Part shown: one piece after another, positions 44,701-52,996 of the stretch | Layout of the letters: every line of letters begins with the position of its first letter | How positions within the stretch are numbered: position 1 is the first letter of the stretch | Origin: Polyangiales bacterium | Lineage (GTDB): Bacteria > Myxococcota_A > Polyangia > Polyangiales > Polyangiaceae | Assembly: GCA_038231275.1 (NCBI GenBank) | Contig: JBBRLQ010000003.1 | Coordinates: 44,340 to 108,339, forward strand | Reading direction: 5' to 3' | Length of the DNA: 64,000 nucleotides | The notes under the pieces: model-generated | Told to the model about the DNA's origin: nothing | The model's database searches: none | What the model saw: only the letters and a program-made list of their open reading frames with translations | Translations under genes and position numbers: made by a program

Positions 44701-45695
44701 GGACCGAGATCGTCGAGGCGCGTCCACGTCGCCTGCTGCACCGTGCTGTCGGGCTCCGCGAACCCGTGCGGCGCGAGCAGGATGACGCTCACCAGCCGTC
44801 GCTCCTGCGCGGTCGTCAGCACGTTGGGAGGGACGCTCGTCTCGCGACGGCGAGACGGCGGCGCGTCCGGCAAATCGCCCAGTGCGCCGAGGAGCTCGTC
44901 CAGCTCGGCGCCGTTCTTGGGCCGGCCTGCCGGATCTTTGTCGAGCATCCTCGCCACGAGCGCGTCGAGATCGGCCGGGACGTCGGGCATCGTCTCGCGC
45001 AGTCGCCTCGGCTCTTCGAAGAGCACGCGCGCGAGCACCGCCACCGCGTCTTCTCCCTGGAACGCGCGGTGCCCGGTCAGGCAGTGGTACATGACGCAGC
45101 CCAGCGAGAAGACGTCGGCCCGCGGATCGACGTCGCGCGCTCCTCGCGCCTGCTCCGGCGCCATGTACCCCGGCGTCCCCACCATGATCCCCGTCAGCGT
45201 GAGGCCGCCCGCCGCGCTCGCTCGCGCGATGCCGAAGTCGAGGACGGTCGCCATGTCCTCGCGCCCGTCCGTCAGGAAAACGTTGCTCGGCTTGATGTCA
45301 CGATGGACGACGCCGCGCGCGTGCGCGTACGCCAGCCCCGTCGCCACGCGCCGCGCGAGGACCACCGTGCCGCGCATCGTCAGCGGCGCGCGCGTGAGGC
45401 GCTTGCCGAGATCCTCCCCGTCGAGCCACTCGAGCGCGAGGTACAGGCGACCCGCCGCCGTCACTCCGTGCGCCACGTAGCGCACGATCGCGGGATGGCG
45501 GAGCTCGGACAGGAGCGCCGCCTCCCGCTCGAAGCGGCTCGTGCTCTCCTCCCCCGGGAGGCGAAGGACCTTCAGCGCGACCGTCTCCCCGGTCGTCAAA
45601 TCGCGTGCACGATACACGGATCCCATCCCTCCGCTCCCCGCGCGCGCGGTCAGCGCGAACCGCGCGGCGAGGACGTCCCCGGGCTTCAGATCCAT
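41799..45695 (-). CDS. giant Ser/Thr protein kinase fused to an NTPase (P-loop) domain and a C-terminal TPR-rich region
   Basis: N-terminal Hanks kinase (GSGGMGSVY, VALKVL, HRDIKPSNVFL, DFGIAR, GTPGYMAPE); central Walker A (APSGVGKSRV) and Walker B-like (LLILEDLHWGD); about 600 aa of TPR-like repeats. The ATG at 45695 is codon 47 of the track ORF. Confidence 0.85.
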   Translation of the reverse strand: MDLKPGDVLAARFALTARAGSGGMGSVYRARDLTTGETVALKVLRLPGEESTSRFEREAALLSELRHPAIVRYVAHGVTAAGRLYLALEWLDGEDLGKRLTRAPLTMRGTVVLARRVATGLAYAHARGVVHRDIKPSNVFLTDGREDMATVLDFGIARASAAGGLTLTGIMVGTPGYMAPEQARGARDVDPRADVFSLGCVMYHCLTGHRAFQGEDAVAVLARVLFEEPRRLRETMPDVPADLDALVARMLDKDPAGRPKNGAELDELLGALGDLPDAPPSRRRETSVPPNVLTTAQERRLVSVILLAPHGFAEPDSTVQQATWTRLDDLGPRVREVAVPFGAEVESLANGAVIATLASTASATDQAARAARCALAMRHVARGVPMSLATGRSVLTGRLPVGDAIDRAASLLRDPLTRDVALGEARPVRIDEATAGLLDARFDVRGDAAGLELVGERTVVEATRTLMGRPYPCYGRERELATLVGIFEECVAEPTAQAVVITAPSGVGKSRVRYELVQRLRERGAEVSTWLTRGDPMSAGSPFGMIAPLVLGAAAVQDGEPLAARQRKLRARIGRHVPPKDVQRVTEFLGEVVGIHFPDDESEALHVARHDAMLMGDQMRAAWVDFVLAEASAQPVLLILEDLHWGDLPSVRFIDALLREARDRAVMVLALGRPELLELFPQLWAGRAVTTMRLGEMSRKAATRFARDTLGDAAAESDVLRVVDRAQGNAFYLEELIRSVAQGRGDELPETVLAMAQARLERLDPSSRLLLRAASVFGETFWKGGIMALLGGRDRSADLTEQFQSLCENELIVRRGEVKFPGEAEYVFRHALIREAANAMLTDEDRQLGHKLAGEWLEVAGERSAAVLAEHFERGGEPTRAVAWYHRAAEQALDGSDLEATIARSAKAIACGAAGATLGSCRYLASEAHNWRGEHAAAAAEAEAALRDLEPGGALWYGAAAEAIVANGRLQDHARLIETVRAVQAAPPNAGPRRVTAFARAVPVLLFAGHPELAAEVAKELEAAESVTLDPIALARTHEAHAALAMVAGDDERYLGLVRAAIASFQRVGAARNVCIASVNAGYAFMKCGAFAEAGRALREALANAERAGLLYVMTAAKHNLGLVLARLGALDEAVAVEADAVALAKQQGDPRIMGGSLVYLAMIHEMRHELDEAEREVRAAIDVVKNIPPTLAVASGVLAKVLLARGAHDEALTAATTAIGLLESLGGVEEGEALVRLVHAEALHASGDLPGARAAITAARDRLDVRAQRLRDPALRRSFLEAVPENARTVALAASWG

Positions 45696-45700
45696 GCCGG

Positions 45701-46738
45701 ATGGAGTATATCGACATGTCCATGGACGTGGCGGCTCTGGCGGCTCTGCGCGCGAAGATCGAGGCGCACCTCTCGCGCGCGGAAGGGCACGCCGTTCGGG
45801 TGACCTCGGCCGAAGTGCTGGCGGGCGGCGCATGCCAGGACAATTTCAAGGTCGAGCTCGAAGGCGGCGAGCGCTGGGTCCTCCGCAGCGACGCGCGCTC
45901 ATCGCTCACCGGCAGCCTCGTCCGGGCGGAGGAGCTCGAAGTCATCCGCGCCGCTGTCGCTGCTGGAGTGAAGACGCCGCCGCCGAAGTGGCCCGCGTCC
46001 GGCCTCGTTCGCGACGGCGCCACCGCCTACTTCCTTGCGTGGCGCGACGGCGACGCGATCGGCCGCCGCGTCGTGAAAGCCAAGGAGCTCGAAGGCGCGC
46101 GCGCCAAGCTCCCCGCCGAGCTCGCCCGCGAGCTCGCAAAAATTCACGGAATTCGCCCGCACGATCACCCGGGCCTCATCGGCGGCGCCCGCGCGGCGGA
46201 AGCTTCGTTCGATCCGGCGGTCACCTCCCTCGAGCGCCTGCGCGCGCGCATGGACATGCTCGAGCCGAGCCCCTCGCGGGAGCTCCTGCATCGCTGGCTC
46301 GCCGATCACCTGCCTTCGAAGGAGGACGCCGTCCTCTGCCACGGAGACTTCCGCACGGGGAACTTCCTCGTCATGCCCGACGGCCTCTCCGCCATCCTCG
46401 ATTGGGAGTTCGCCCACTGGGGCGCCCGCGCGTTCGATCTCGCGTGGATCTGCGTCCGTGACTGGCGCTTCGGCCAGCTCGCGCTCCCGGTCGGCGGCTT
46501 CGCGCGTCGTGAGCCATTTCTCGCGGCGTACGAAGAGGCGAGCGGCGTGCGCGTCGAGCCTTCGCGCCTGCACTGGTGGGAGGTGTTCGGCAACCTCGCG
46601 TGGGCGGTCGGCAGCGTGCAGCAGGCGCATCGCTACATCTCGGGGGCCGAGAGCGATCTCGAGCTCGTCGCCATCGGGCGTCGCGCCGCCGAAATGGAAT
46701 TCGAGGCGCTTCGCCTCGTCGAGCGCGGAAAGGTCTGA
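45701..46738 (+). CDS. phosphotransferase (APH/choline kinase-like) family protein
   Basis: APH catalytic motifs LCHGDFRTGNFLV and ILDWEFAHWGARAFDLAW. Alternative ATGs lie at 45716 and 45722. Confidence 0.8.
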   Translation: MEYIDMSMDVAALAALRAKIEAHLSRAEGHAVRVTSAEVLAGGACQDNFKVELEGGERWVLRSDARSSLTGSLVRAEELEVIRAAVAAGVKTPPPKWPASGLVRDGATAYFLAWRDGDAIGRRVVKAKELEGARAKLPAELARELAKIHGIRPHDHPGLIGGARAAEASFDPAVTSLERLRARMDMLEPSPSRELLHRWLADHLPSKEDAVLCHGDFRTGNFLVMPDGLSAILDWEFAHWGARAFDLAWICVRDWRFGQLALPVGGFARREPFLAAYEEASGVRVEPSRLHWWEVFGNLAWAVGSVQQAHRYISGAESDLELVAIGRRAAEMEFEALRLVERGKV

Positions 46739-46740
46739 CC

Positions 46741-47112
46741 ATGCAGGACCCGCCGGAGAAAGAAGCGCTCCTCTTCGCCATCGCGCGATTCCTCGAGGAG
46801 GACGTGCGCCCGCAAATCAAGGACGCGCGGCTGAATTTTCGCGTCCTCATCGCGACGCACCTCGCGGCGACGGTCGCCAACGAGTGCCGTTCCGGCGCCG
46901 CCGACGAAGCCGCCGCGGTTGCGCGCATGCGTGCAATCTACACCAATGCTCCGGACGCGACCTTTCGCGATCTCGAGGCGCGTCTTGCGAAGGATCTCCG
47001 CGCGGGGAATCTCGCGGGAGATCCGAAGGTGACGCAGCACGTGAAGGCGACGCTCCTCGCGAAGCTCGCCGTCAACAGCCCACGCTTCGATACGCGAGCG
47101 GAGATCGAGTGA
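46741..47112 (+). CDS. small hypothetical protein (DUF6285-like; conserved partner between phosphotransferase and acyl-CoA dehydrogenase genes)
   Basis: ATG at 46741 (codon 56 of the track ORF) lies 3 nt after the phosphotransferase stop; its own stop overlaps the ACAD ATG. The DUF assignment is from memory and is low-confidence. Confidence 0.55.
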   Translation: MQDPPEKEALLFAIARFLEEDVRPQIKDARLNFRVLIATHLAATVANECRSGAADEAAAVARMRAIYTNAPDATFRDLEARLAKDLRAGNLAGDPKVTQHVKATLLAKLAVNSPRFDTRAEIE

Positions 47113-48302
47113 TGTTCGACTTGCCCAAAGAGCTCCAGGATCTCCGCGTGCGCGTCCGCGCGTTCGTCGACGAGCGCGTCATCCCCAACGAAGCCAAGAT
47201 CCTCGCCGAGGATCGCGACGGCAAACGCGACACCCTCCGCGCGCTCCAGGCGGAGGTTCGCGGCGCTGGAATGTGGACGCCTCACCTGCCCAAAGATCTC
47301 GGCGGCGGCGGGCTCGGCGTCCTCGGCATGTGCGCGCTCTTTCGCGAGATGGGTCGCTCGCCGGTCGGCGCGGCGGCGTTCCACTGCGACGCGCCCGATC
47401 AAGGCAACATGGATCTGCTCGTGCAGGTCGGCACGAAGGTGCAAAAAGAGAAGTTCTTGATGCCTCTCGTCCGCGCAGAGGTGTCGAGCGGCTTCTCGAT
47501 GACCGAGCCCGCCCCCGGCGCCGGCGCCGATCCCTCGAACTTGAAGACGCGCGCGGTGCCCGACGGCGACGGCTGGGTCATCGACGGTCACAAGTGGTAC
47601 ACGACCGGCGGCGCGGCCGCGGCGTTCCTCATCGTGATGGCGCGCACCAGCGAGGACGGAAAGAACGGCGCGACGATGTTCCTCGTCGAACGAAACGCGC
47701 CCGGCGTCGAGATCGTCCGCGACATCCCGGTGATGGCGCCGCCGATCCTCGCGCACCGTGAAGCGGAAATTCGCTACACCAAGGTCAGGGTCGGGCCCGA
47801 CGCGGTGCTCGGTCAAGTCGGCGAGGGCTTCAAGCTCGCGCAGACGCGCCTCGTCCCCGCGCGCCTCACGCACTGCATGCGCTGGCTCGGCCTCGCCGAT
47901 CGCACACTCCACCTCTGCAAGCCCTACGTGACGACGCGCGAGAGCTTCGGCAAGACGCTCGCCCACCACCAGTCGATCCAGAAGATGCTCGCGGAGGCGG
48001 CGTCCGGCATTCACGCGGGCAACCTCATGACGCTGCACTGCGCGTGGATGCTCGAGCAGGGCAAGACGAAGGAAGCGCGCACCTACTCGTCCATGACGAA
48101 GAACCACGTCGCGCGGCTCCTTTGCAAGACGCTCGACGACGCCATCCAGATGCACGGCTCGCTCGGCTACAGCGAGGACATGCCGTTTTCCACCTGGTAC
48201 CGCTACGCCCGCGCTTCCCGCATCGCCGACGGGCCCGACGAAGTGCACGAGATCGTTGTGGCGCGCGATTTCTTGCGCGGAGCGCTGCAAACGCTGGTCT
48301 GA
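47112..48302 (+). CDS. acyl-CoA dehydrogenase family protein
   Basis: ACAD N-terminal, middle (FSMTEPAPGAGADPSNLKTRA, DGHKWYTTG) and C-terminal domains with catalytic-base region MHGSLGYSED. Confidence 0.9.
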   Translation: MFDLPKELQDLRVRVRAFVDERVIPNEAKILAEDRDGKRDTLRALQAEVRGAGMWTPHLPKDLGGGGLGVLGMCALFREMGRSPVGAAAFHCDAPDQGNMDLLVQVGTKVQKEKFLMPLVRAEVSSGFSMTEPAPGAGADPSNLKTRAVPDGDGWVIDGHKWYTTGGAAAAFLIVMARTSEDGKNGATMFLVERNAPGVEIVRDIPVMAPPILAHREAEIRYTKVRVGPDAVLGQVGEGFKLAQTRLVPARLTHCMRWLGLADRTLHLCKPYVTTRESFGKTLAHHQSIQKMLAEAASGIHAGNLMTLHCAWMLEQGKTKEARTYSSMTKNHVARLLCKTLDDAIQMHGSLGYSEDMPFSTWYRYARASRIADGPDEVHEIVVARDFLRGALQTLV

Positions 48303-48331
48303 GGCCGGCGCGTCCCGTACTTTTCAGGGTC

Positions 48332-49078
48332 ATGGGGCGCGCGATCCAAATCAGGCGGGCGATTGTGGCGGCGGGGCTGGTGCTCGTCGCTGTGGCGGGT
48401 GGGTGCGACGACTCGACGGACGGTGGGCTCTATATCCCCGACGCCGGCGACGCGGGGAAGCCGAACGACGCGACGGTCGACTCGCCGCCGTTCGACGCGA
48501 ACCCGCCCGCCGACGCGAGCGATGACGTGAGCCCCGACGACACGGGCGCCGACGTCGTCGTCGATACCGGCACCGACGCGAAGGCCGACGCGAAGGCCGA
48601 CGCGGCAGACGCCAGCTCGCAAGACGCCGCCGACGCCGCCGACGCGAACGAAGCGAGCGTGGACGCCGGACCGGACGTGGTCGATTCGGGACCGGACGTC
48701 GCCGACGCGGGCTCGGACGCGGTCGCCGAGGCCGGAGATGCCGGCGACGCCGGTGACGCCGAGGCAGGCGCGTGCCAGACGATCTTCGCGGTCACCGCGG
48801 TGGGTACCGGCGCGTACGTCATCAACGGCTCGGACAACCCGACGCTCGCCGTTTGCAAGGGGGACACGGTCACCTTCAACGTCGCCGCGGCCGGGCACCC
48901 GTTCTGGATCAAGACCATCCAGGGCGCAGGCCAGGCGAACGCCTACACCGACGGCGTCACCGGGAACGGCACGGCGACCGGCGCGATCACGTGGGTGGTC
49001 TCCGCCGCCGCACCGACGCCCCTCTATTACAACTGCGAGTTCCACGGCGCGATGACCGGGATCATCAACGTCCACTGA
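48332..49078 (+). CDS. lipoprotein with Asp/Ala-rich linker and C-terminal cupredoxin-like (type-1 copper) domain
   Basis: Lipobox LVAVAGGC|DD; a D/A/G-rich ~120 aa linker; C-terminal H(PFWIK)...C(EF)H..M(TG) spacing like plastocyanin/pseudoazurin ligands. The ATG at 48332 is codon 97 of the track ORF. Confidence 0.6.
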   Translation: MGRAIQIRRAIVAAGLVLVAVAGGCDDSTDGGLYIPDAGDAGKPNDATVDSPPFDANPPADASDDVSPDDTGADVVVDTGTDAKADAKADAADASSQDAADAADANEASVDAGPDVVDSGPDVADAGSDAVAEAGDAGDAGDAEAGACQTIFAVTAVGTGAYVINGSDNPTLAVCKGDTVTFNVAAAGHPFWIKTIQGAGQANAYTDGVTGNGTATGAITWVVSAAAPTPLYYNCEFHGAMTGIINVH

Positions 49079-49081
49079 CGT

Positions 49082-50524
49082 TCACTTGGGCGACGGGGCG
49101 ACGCCGCGGTAGACCGTGTTCGTCGCCGCCGTCGAGAGCACGACGAGAGGAAGGCTCGCGCTCCCGTCGTCGACGTACGCGACGAGGCGCGACGGTGACT
49201 CGGCGGTGGTCGCGACGAGACGGACGCTCGCCTGCGACGCGAACGCGGTGAGCCCGCGGACGCCGACTGTGGTGAGGCCGGTCGCGATCGTCGTCGCGAG
49301 GGACCACGCGCTTCCGCTCTTGGTCCATTTCTGGATTCCGCCGCCGGATGCCGGCGCGCGATCGTCGGCGACGTAGATCGTGTCGATGCCTGGGACGGTG
49401 GCGCTTCGGTCGAGCGCGACGAAGCCGTACGGGCTCCCGCCGGCGCCGGTGAGGCGCGTCGCGGTTTGGCCGGCGGTCGTTGGCGTACCGGCGCCGACGG
49501 TGGAGACGCCGTCGAAGCTCGCGGTCCCGCTGGTCGCGTACAGCTGTCCTGCCGCGATCGCGACGACGCGCGTGTTGCTTGGCGTGCCGAGGACCTGCAC
49601 GGGATTGGTCGCCGCCGCGTTGCCGAGCGGAGCGTAGAGGACGCCGCCGTTCGTCGCGCCGTTGCCGTTGCCGGAGGTCCAGAATGCGGTCCCATCGATC
49701 GTGACCGCGCCGCGCGCGTTGTCGCCGCTGAACCCGTCACCGAGGAGGGTCGAGGTGTCGATGGAACCCGCGACGTCGACGCGCGCGACGGCGCGACGCA
49801 CCGTGCTTGCGGTCGTGCTCGAGACGCTCGCGGTCCCCGGCGCGATCGCGTAGCCCGCGAGCGTGACGAAGCGGTCGTCGACCGAGAGCGCAAGCGCTCC
49901 TTCGCTCGACGCTGTTCCCGACACGGTGAACGCGTGGTTGGCGCCTGCGCCGTTGACCGGGAGCGCGACGGTGCGGACGAGCGCGCCGTTGGTGCTCGCG
50001 CGCTCCTCGAGGAACACCGGGGTCGATGACGACGAGAGCGCGCCCGCGCCGTCTCCGACCCGCACCATCATCACCGTCGGCGGAGGCCCGGCGTCCGCGG
50101 CGTCGGCGGCTCCATCCCCGCTGCCGTTCGCGTCGCCGGTGCCGTTCGCGTCGCCGGTGCCGTTCGCGTCGCCGGTGCCGTTCGCGTCGTTCGCATCGCC
50201 TGCATCGTTCGCGTCGCTCGTCGCGTCGTTCGTCGCGTCAGCCGCATCCGAGCCGGCGTCGACCGGAGGAGGAGGTGGTGGAGGCGGAGGAGGCGGAGGA
50301 GGCGGCTCGGGCGGAACGTCCACGGGCGCGTCGGTGTCGCCGTCGGCGTTCCCGAGGGATCCCGCCTTGCCATCGCGGCCACCTTCCGCTGGGACTGTAG
50401 ACGCGTCGCCGACCGCCGCGGTCTCCGCGCCGTTCTGATCGCTCCCCACGGCGCACGCCGCCGCCACGAACGAAAGCCAGAGCGAGCCCACCACGACACG
50501 TGCACGCACGACACACCTCCGCAA
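49082..50524 (-). CDS. secreted lipoprotein with poly-Pro and (DANGTG)n repeats (hypothetical)
   Basis: Signal peptide plus lipobox (LWLSFVAAAC|A), P15 stretch, DANGTGDANGTGDANGTG repeats, then a ~300 aa Gly/Ala/Thr-rich domain. Confidence 0.55.
   Translation of the reverse strand: MRRCVVRARVVVGSLWLSFVAAACAVGSDQNGAETAAVGDASTVPAEGGRDGKAGSLGNADGDTDAPVDVPPEPPPPPPPPPPPPPPVDAGSDAADATNDATSDANDAGDANDANGTGDANGTGDANGTGDANGSGDGAADAADAGPPPTVMMVRVGDGAGALSSSSTPVFLEERASTNGALVRTVALPVNGAGANHAFTVSGTASSEGALALSVDDRFVTLAGYAIAPGTASVSSTTASTVRRAVARVDVAGSIDTSTLLGDGFSGDNARGAVTIDGTAFWTSGNGNGATNGGVLYAPLGNAAATNPVQVLGTPSNTRVVAIAAGQLYATSGTASFDGVSTVGAGTPTTAGQTATRLTGAGGSPYGFVALDRSATVPGIDTIYVADDRAPASGGGIQKWTKSGSAWSLATTIATGLTTVGVRGLTAFASQASVRLVATTAESPSRLVAYVDDGSASLPLVVLSTAATNTVYRGVAPSPK
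50123..50306. repeat. 18-nt tandem repeat (GCCGTTCGCGTCGCCGGT)x4, then degenerate copies and a (GGAGGN)n tract, encoding (DANGTG)n and poly-Pro on the minus strand
   Basis: gccgttcgcgtcgccggtgccgttcgcgtcgccggtgccgttcgcgtcgccggtgccgttcgcgtcg ... ggaggaggaggtggtggaggcggaggaggcggaggaggcgg. Confidence 0.6.
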
Positions 50525-50638
50525 TTATCCAATCACGCGCGAATCACTACCTCAGTCCACGCACGTTTGGGATGACATCGTGGCACGATCGCGCGACGAG
50601 AGCTTGCCTCGGCCGCCGCGCCAGCGAAGGATGGTGGT

Positions 50639-51556
50639 GTGAATCGACGTCTCCGCGCCGTCCCGATCGCCGCGACGCTCTCGTGCGCGTTCGCGTGGGC
50701 GATCGGCTGCAACGCGATTTCCGGCGTCAACGATCTCGACCGCGTCGCTGCGCCGGAGGCCGGAGGAGGCGGGGGCGTCGACGTCGTCACGCCGCCGGTC
50801 GACGCGTCGGAGCCCGCCGACGTGAGGACCCATGACTTCGACGCGATCGCTCCCGTCGACGGCGCGCAGACGATCCCCGACGCCGGGGTGGTCGACGCCA
50901 ACGCCGGCCTCTGCGAAGGCCTCACGCTGATGCTGCGCCTCGACGGTACGACGACGAGCTCGCAGGGCACCGTTCCGTCGTCGTCGACCGGCGTCAAATA
51001 CGTCACCGGAAAGTTCGGACAAGCGCTCAACGCGACGGGCACGACGCAGGTGGACTACCCCGCGAGCCCCGGCCCGATCGTGTCGTCATCGCAAGGCACG
51101 ATGTCGATGTGGATCGACTCGCAGTGGGAGCTACCCTGCAATAACCCGCATCTGTTCTTCGGCGTCGACGACAACGGCGTCTACATGGACTGCGAGCCCC
51201 CCGGATATCTGGGCCTTTACGTCGACCTCAGCGCCAGCAGCGGCGTCAGCGCGTCCATCGACCCGAGCAGCGGACGATCCGTGTGGACGACCGGCTGGAA
51301 TCACCTCGTCGCGACGTGGTCGTCGTCGCCGCCCAGCCTGTCGATCACGCTGAACGGCGCGGTCGGTCAACAGACGAGCGCGCCGTGGAGCCCGCCCGAT
51401 CCCGTCGCCGCCGTACTGCACCTCGCCTCGAGCGGGACCTCCTCCGGCGCGGACATCGACGATGTTGCCGTCTGGACGCGCCCGCTCACCGCCGCAGAGA
51501 TCCATACGATCTACCTCGCGGGCACCTCGGTCGCCGACGTCTGCAAGCTGAAGTAG
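50639..51556 (+). CDS. lipoprotein with concanavalin A-like lectin/LamG-like domain (hypothetical)
   Basis: Lipobox FAWAIGC|N. The C-terminal ~200 aa resembles a LamG/Laminin_G_3 jelly-roll (MSMWIDSQWE..., GWNHLVATWS, DDVAVWTRPLTAAEI). Low specificity. Confidence 0.55.
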   Translation: MNRRLRAVPIAATLSCAFAWAIGCNAISGVNDLDRVAAPEAGGGGGVDVVTPPVDASEPADVRTHDFDAIAPVDGAQTIPDAGVVDANAGLCEGLTLMLRLDGTTTSSQGTVPSSSTGVKYVTGKFGQALNATGTTQVDYPASPGPIVSSSQGTMSMWIDSQWELPCNNPHLFFGVDDNGVYMDCEPPGYLGLYVDLSASSGVSASIDPSSGRSVWTTGWNHLVATWSSSPPSLSITLNGAVGQQTSAPWSPPDPVAAVLHLASSGTSSGADIDDVAVWTRPLTAAEIHTIYLAGTSVADVCKLK

Positions 51557-51604
51557 AATCGTTTTCATGCGCTCCTGTCTGCTCGCGGCGCTAGCGGCCT
51601 CGGC

Positions 51605-52996
51605 GTGGCCACCGAACTGACCGCGCGCCTCACACCGCGCGCCTCCGAGACATGGGTCCTCGTCGCGAGCATCCTCGGCTCGAGCATGGCCTTCATCGAC
51701 GGCACGGCGGTGAACGTCATGCTTCCCGTGCTTCAGCACGATCTCGGCGCGAGCGTTGCCGAGGTGCAGTGGGTCGTCGAGGCGTATGCGCTCTTCTTGT
51801 CGGCGCTCCTCCTCGCGGGCGGCTCGCTTGGCGACGTCCTCGGGCACCGGCGCGCGTTCGTCACCGGCGTCGTCGTGTTCGCGGCAGCGTCGATGGCCTG
51901 CGGGCTCGCGGCGAGCCCGACTCACCTGATCGTCGCGCGCGCCGTGCAAGGCGCCGGAAGCGCGCTCTTGACGCCGGGGAGCCTCGCGCTGATCGGCGCG
52001 TCGTTCGCGGACGATCGGCGCGGCAAGGCCATCGGAACGTGGTCGTCGTTCACCGCGGTGATGTCGGCGATCGGGCCCCTCGCCGGCGGCTGGCTCGCGG
52101 AGCATGCGTCGTGGCGTTGGGTGTTCTTCCTCAACGTGCCGATCGCGATCGCGGTGGTCGCGATCTGCCAGTTTCGCGTTCCCGAGACGCACGGCAAGGA
52201 CGCGAAGCTCGATCCATGGGGCGCCCTCCTCGCGACGCTCGGCCTCGGGGCGATCGTGTACGGCCTGATTCGCTCGGGCGCAGCGGGTCTGTCCGCTCAG
52301 GTCGTCGCGGCGGAGGCGGCGGGTGGGCTCCTCCTCGCGGCGTTCGTCGTCGTGGAGGCGAGGAGTCCCGCGCCGATGCTCCCGCTCGCCCTCTTTCGTG
52401 CGCGCACGTTCCGCGGCGCCAACGTCCTCACGTTTCTCCTCTACGCGGCGCTCGGAGGGCTCCTCTTCTTCCTCCCGTTCTGTCTCATCGAAGTGCACGG
52501 CTACTCGCCGACGGCGGCGGGCGCGGCGTTCCTTCCGTTCGTCGTGATCATGTTCTTCGGGTCGCGGATCGCCGGCGCGACGGCGGATCGGTACGGGGCG
52601 CGACCGCTCCTCATCGCAGGACCGCTCGTGGCGGCCGTAGGATTCGTCCTCTTCGCGCTCCCCGGCGCGACGGGCGGCTACCTGTCGACGTTCTTTCCGG
52701 CGGTGGTGACGCTCGCGGTGGGGATGACGATCACGGTGGCGCCGCTCACGACCGCCGCGATGTCCACCGCCGGGAAGGAGCGCGCGGGCATCGCGTCCGG
52801 CGTCAACAACGCCGTCGCGCGAACGGCGGGGCTGATCGCGATCGCGGCGCTGGGCCTCGTCGCCCGCCCCGAGCGCGACCCTACGGTATTCTTGGCGGGC
52901 TTTCGCGAGGTGATGGGGATCTGCGCGGCGCTCGCGTTGGGAGCGGCCGCCTCCGCCGCGCTCCTCATCGAAAAGCCCCGACTCACGCCGGCGTGA
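51605..52996 (+). CDS. MFS transporter, 14-TM drug:H+ antiporter (DHA2-like)
   Basis: About 14 hydrophobic helices; MFS motif A-like GxLxDxxGRRR (GSLGDVLGHRRAF); antiporter motif C-like region. Confidence 0.85.
   Translation: MATELTARLTPRASETWVLVASILGSSMAFIDGTAVNVMLPVLQHDLGASVAEVQWVVEAYALFLSALLLAGGSLGDVLGHRRAFVTGVVVFAAASMACGLAASPTHLIVARAVQGAGSALLTPGSLALIGASFADDRRGKAIGTWSSFTAVMSAIGPLAGGWLAEHASWRWVFFLNVPIAIAVVAICQFRVPETHGKDAKLDPWGALLATLGLGAIVYGLIRSGAAGLSAQVVAAEAAGGLLLAAFVVVEARSPAPMLPLALFRARTFRGANVLTFLLYAALGGLLFFLPFCLIEVHGYSPTAAGAAFLPFVVIMFFGSRIAGATADRYGARPLLIAGPLVAAVGFVLFALPGATGGYLSTFFPAVVTLAVGMTITVAPLTTAAMSTAGKERAGIASGVNNAVARTAGLIAIAALGLVARPERDPTVFLAGFREVMGICAALALGAAASAALLIEKPRLTPA

Noticed and set aside
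41961-44727. several 600-850-aa ORFs in alternative frames inside the giant kinase gene
   Set aside because: Alternative or antisense frames of a gene with clear kinase, P-loop and TPR signatures; their translations are R/G/A low complexity.
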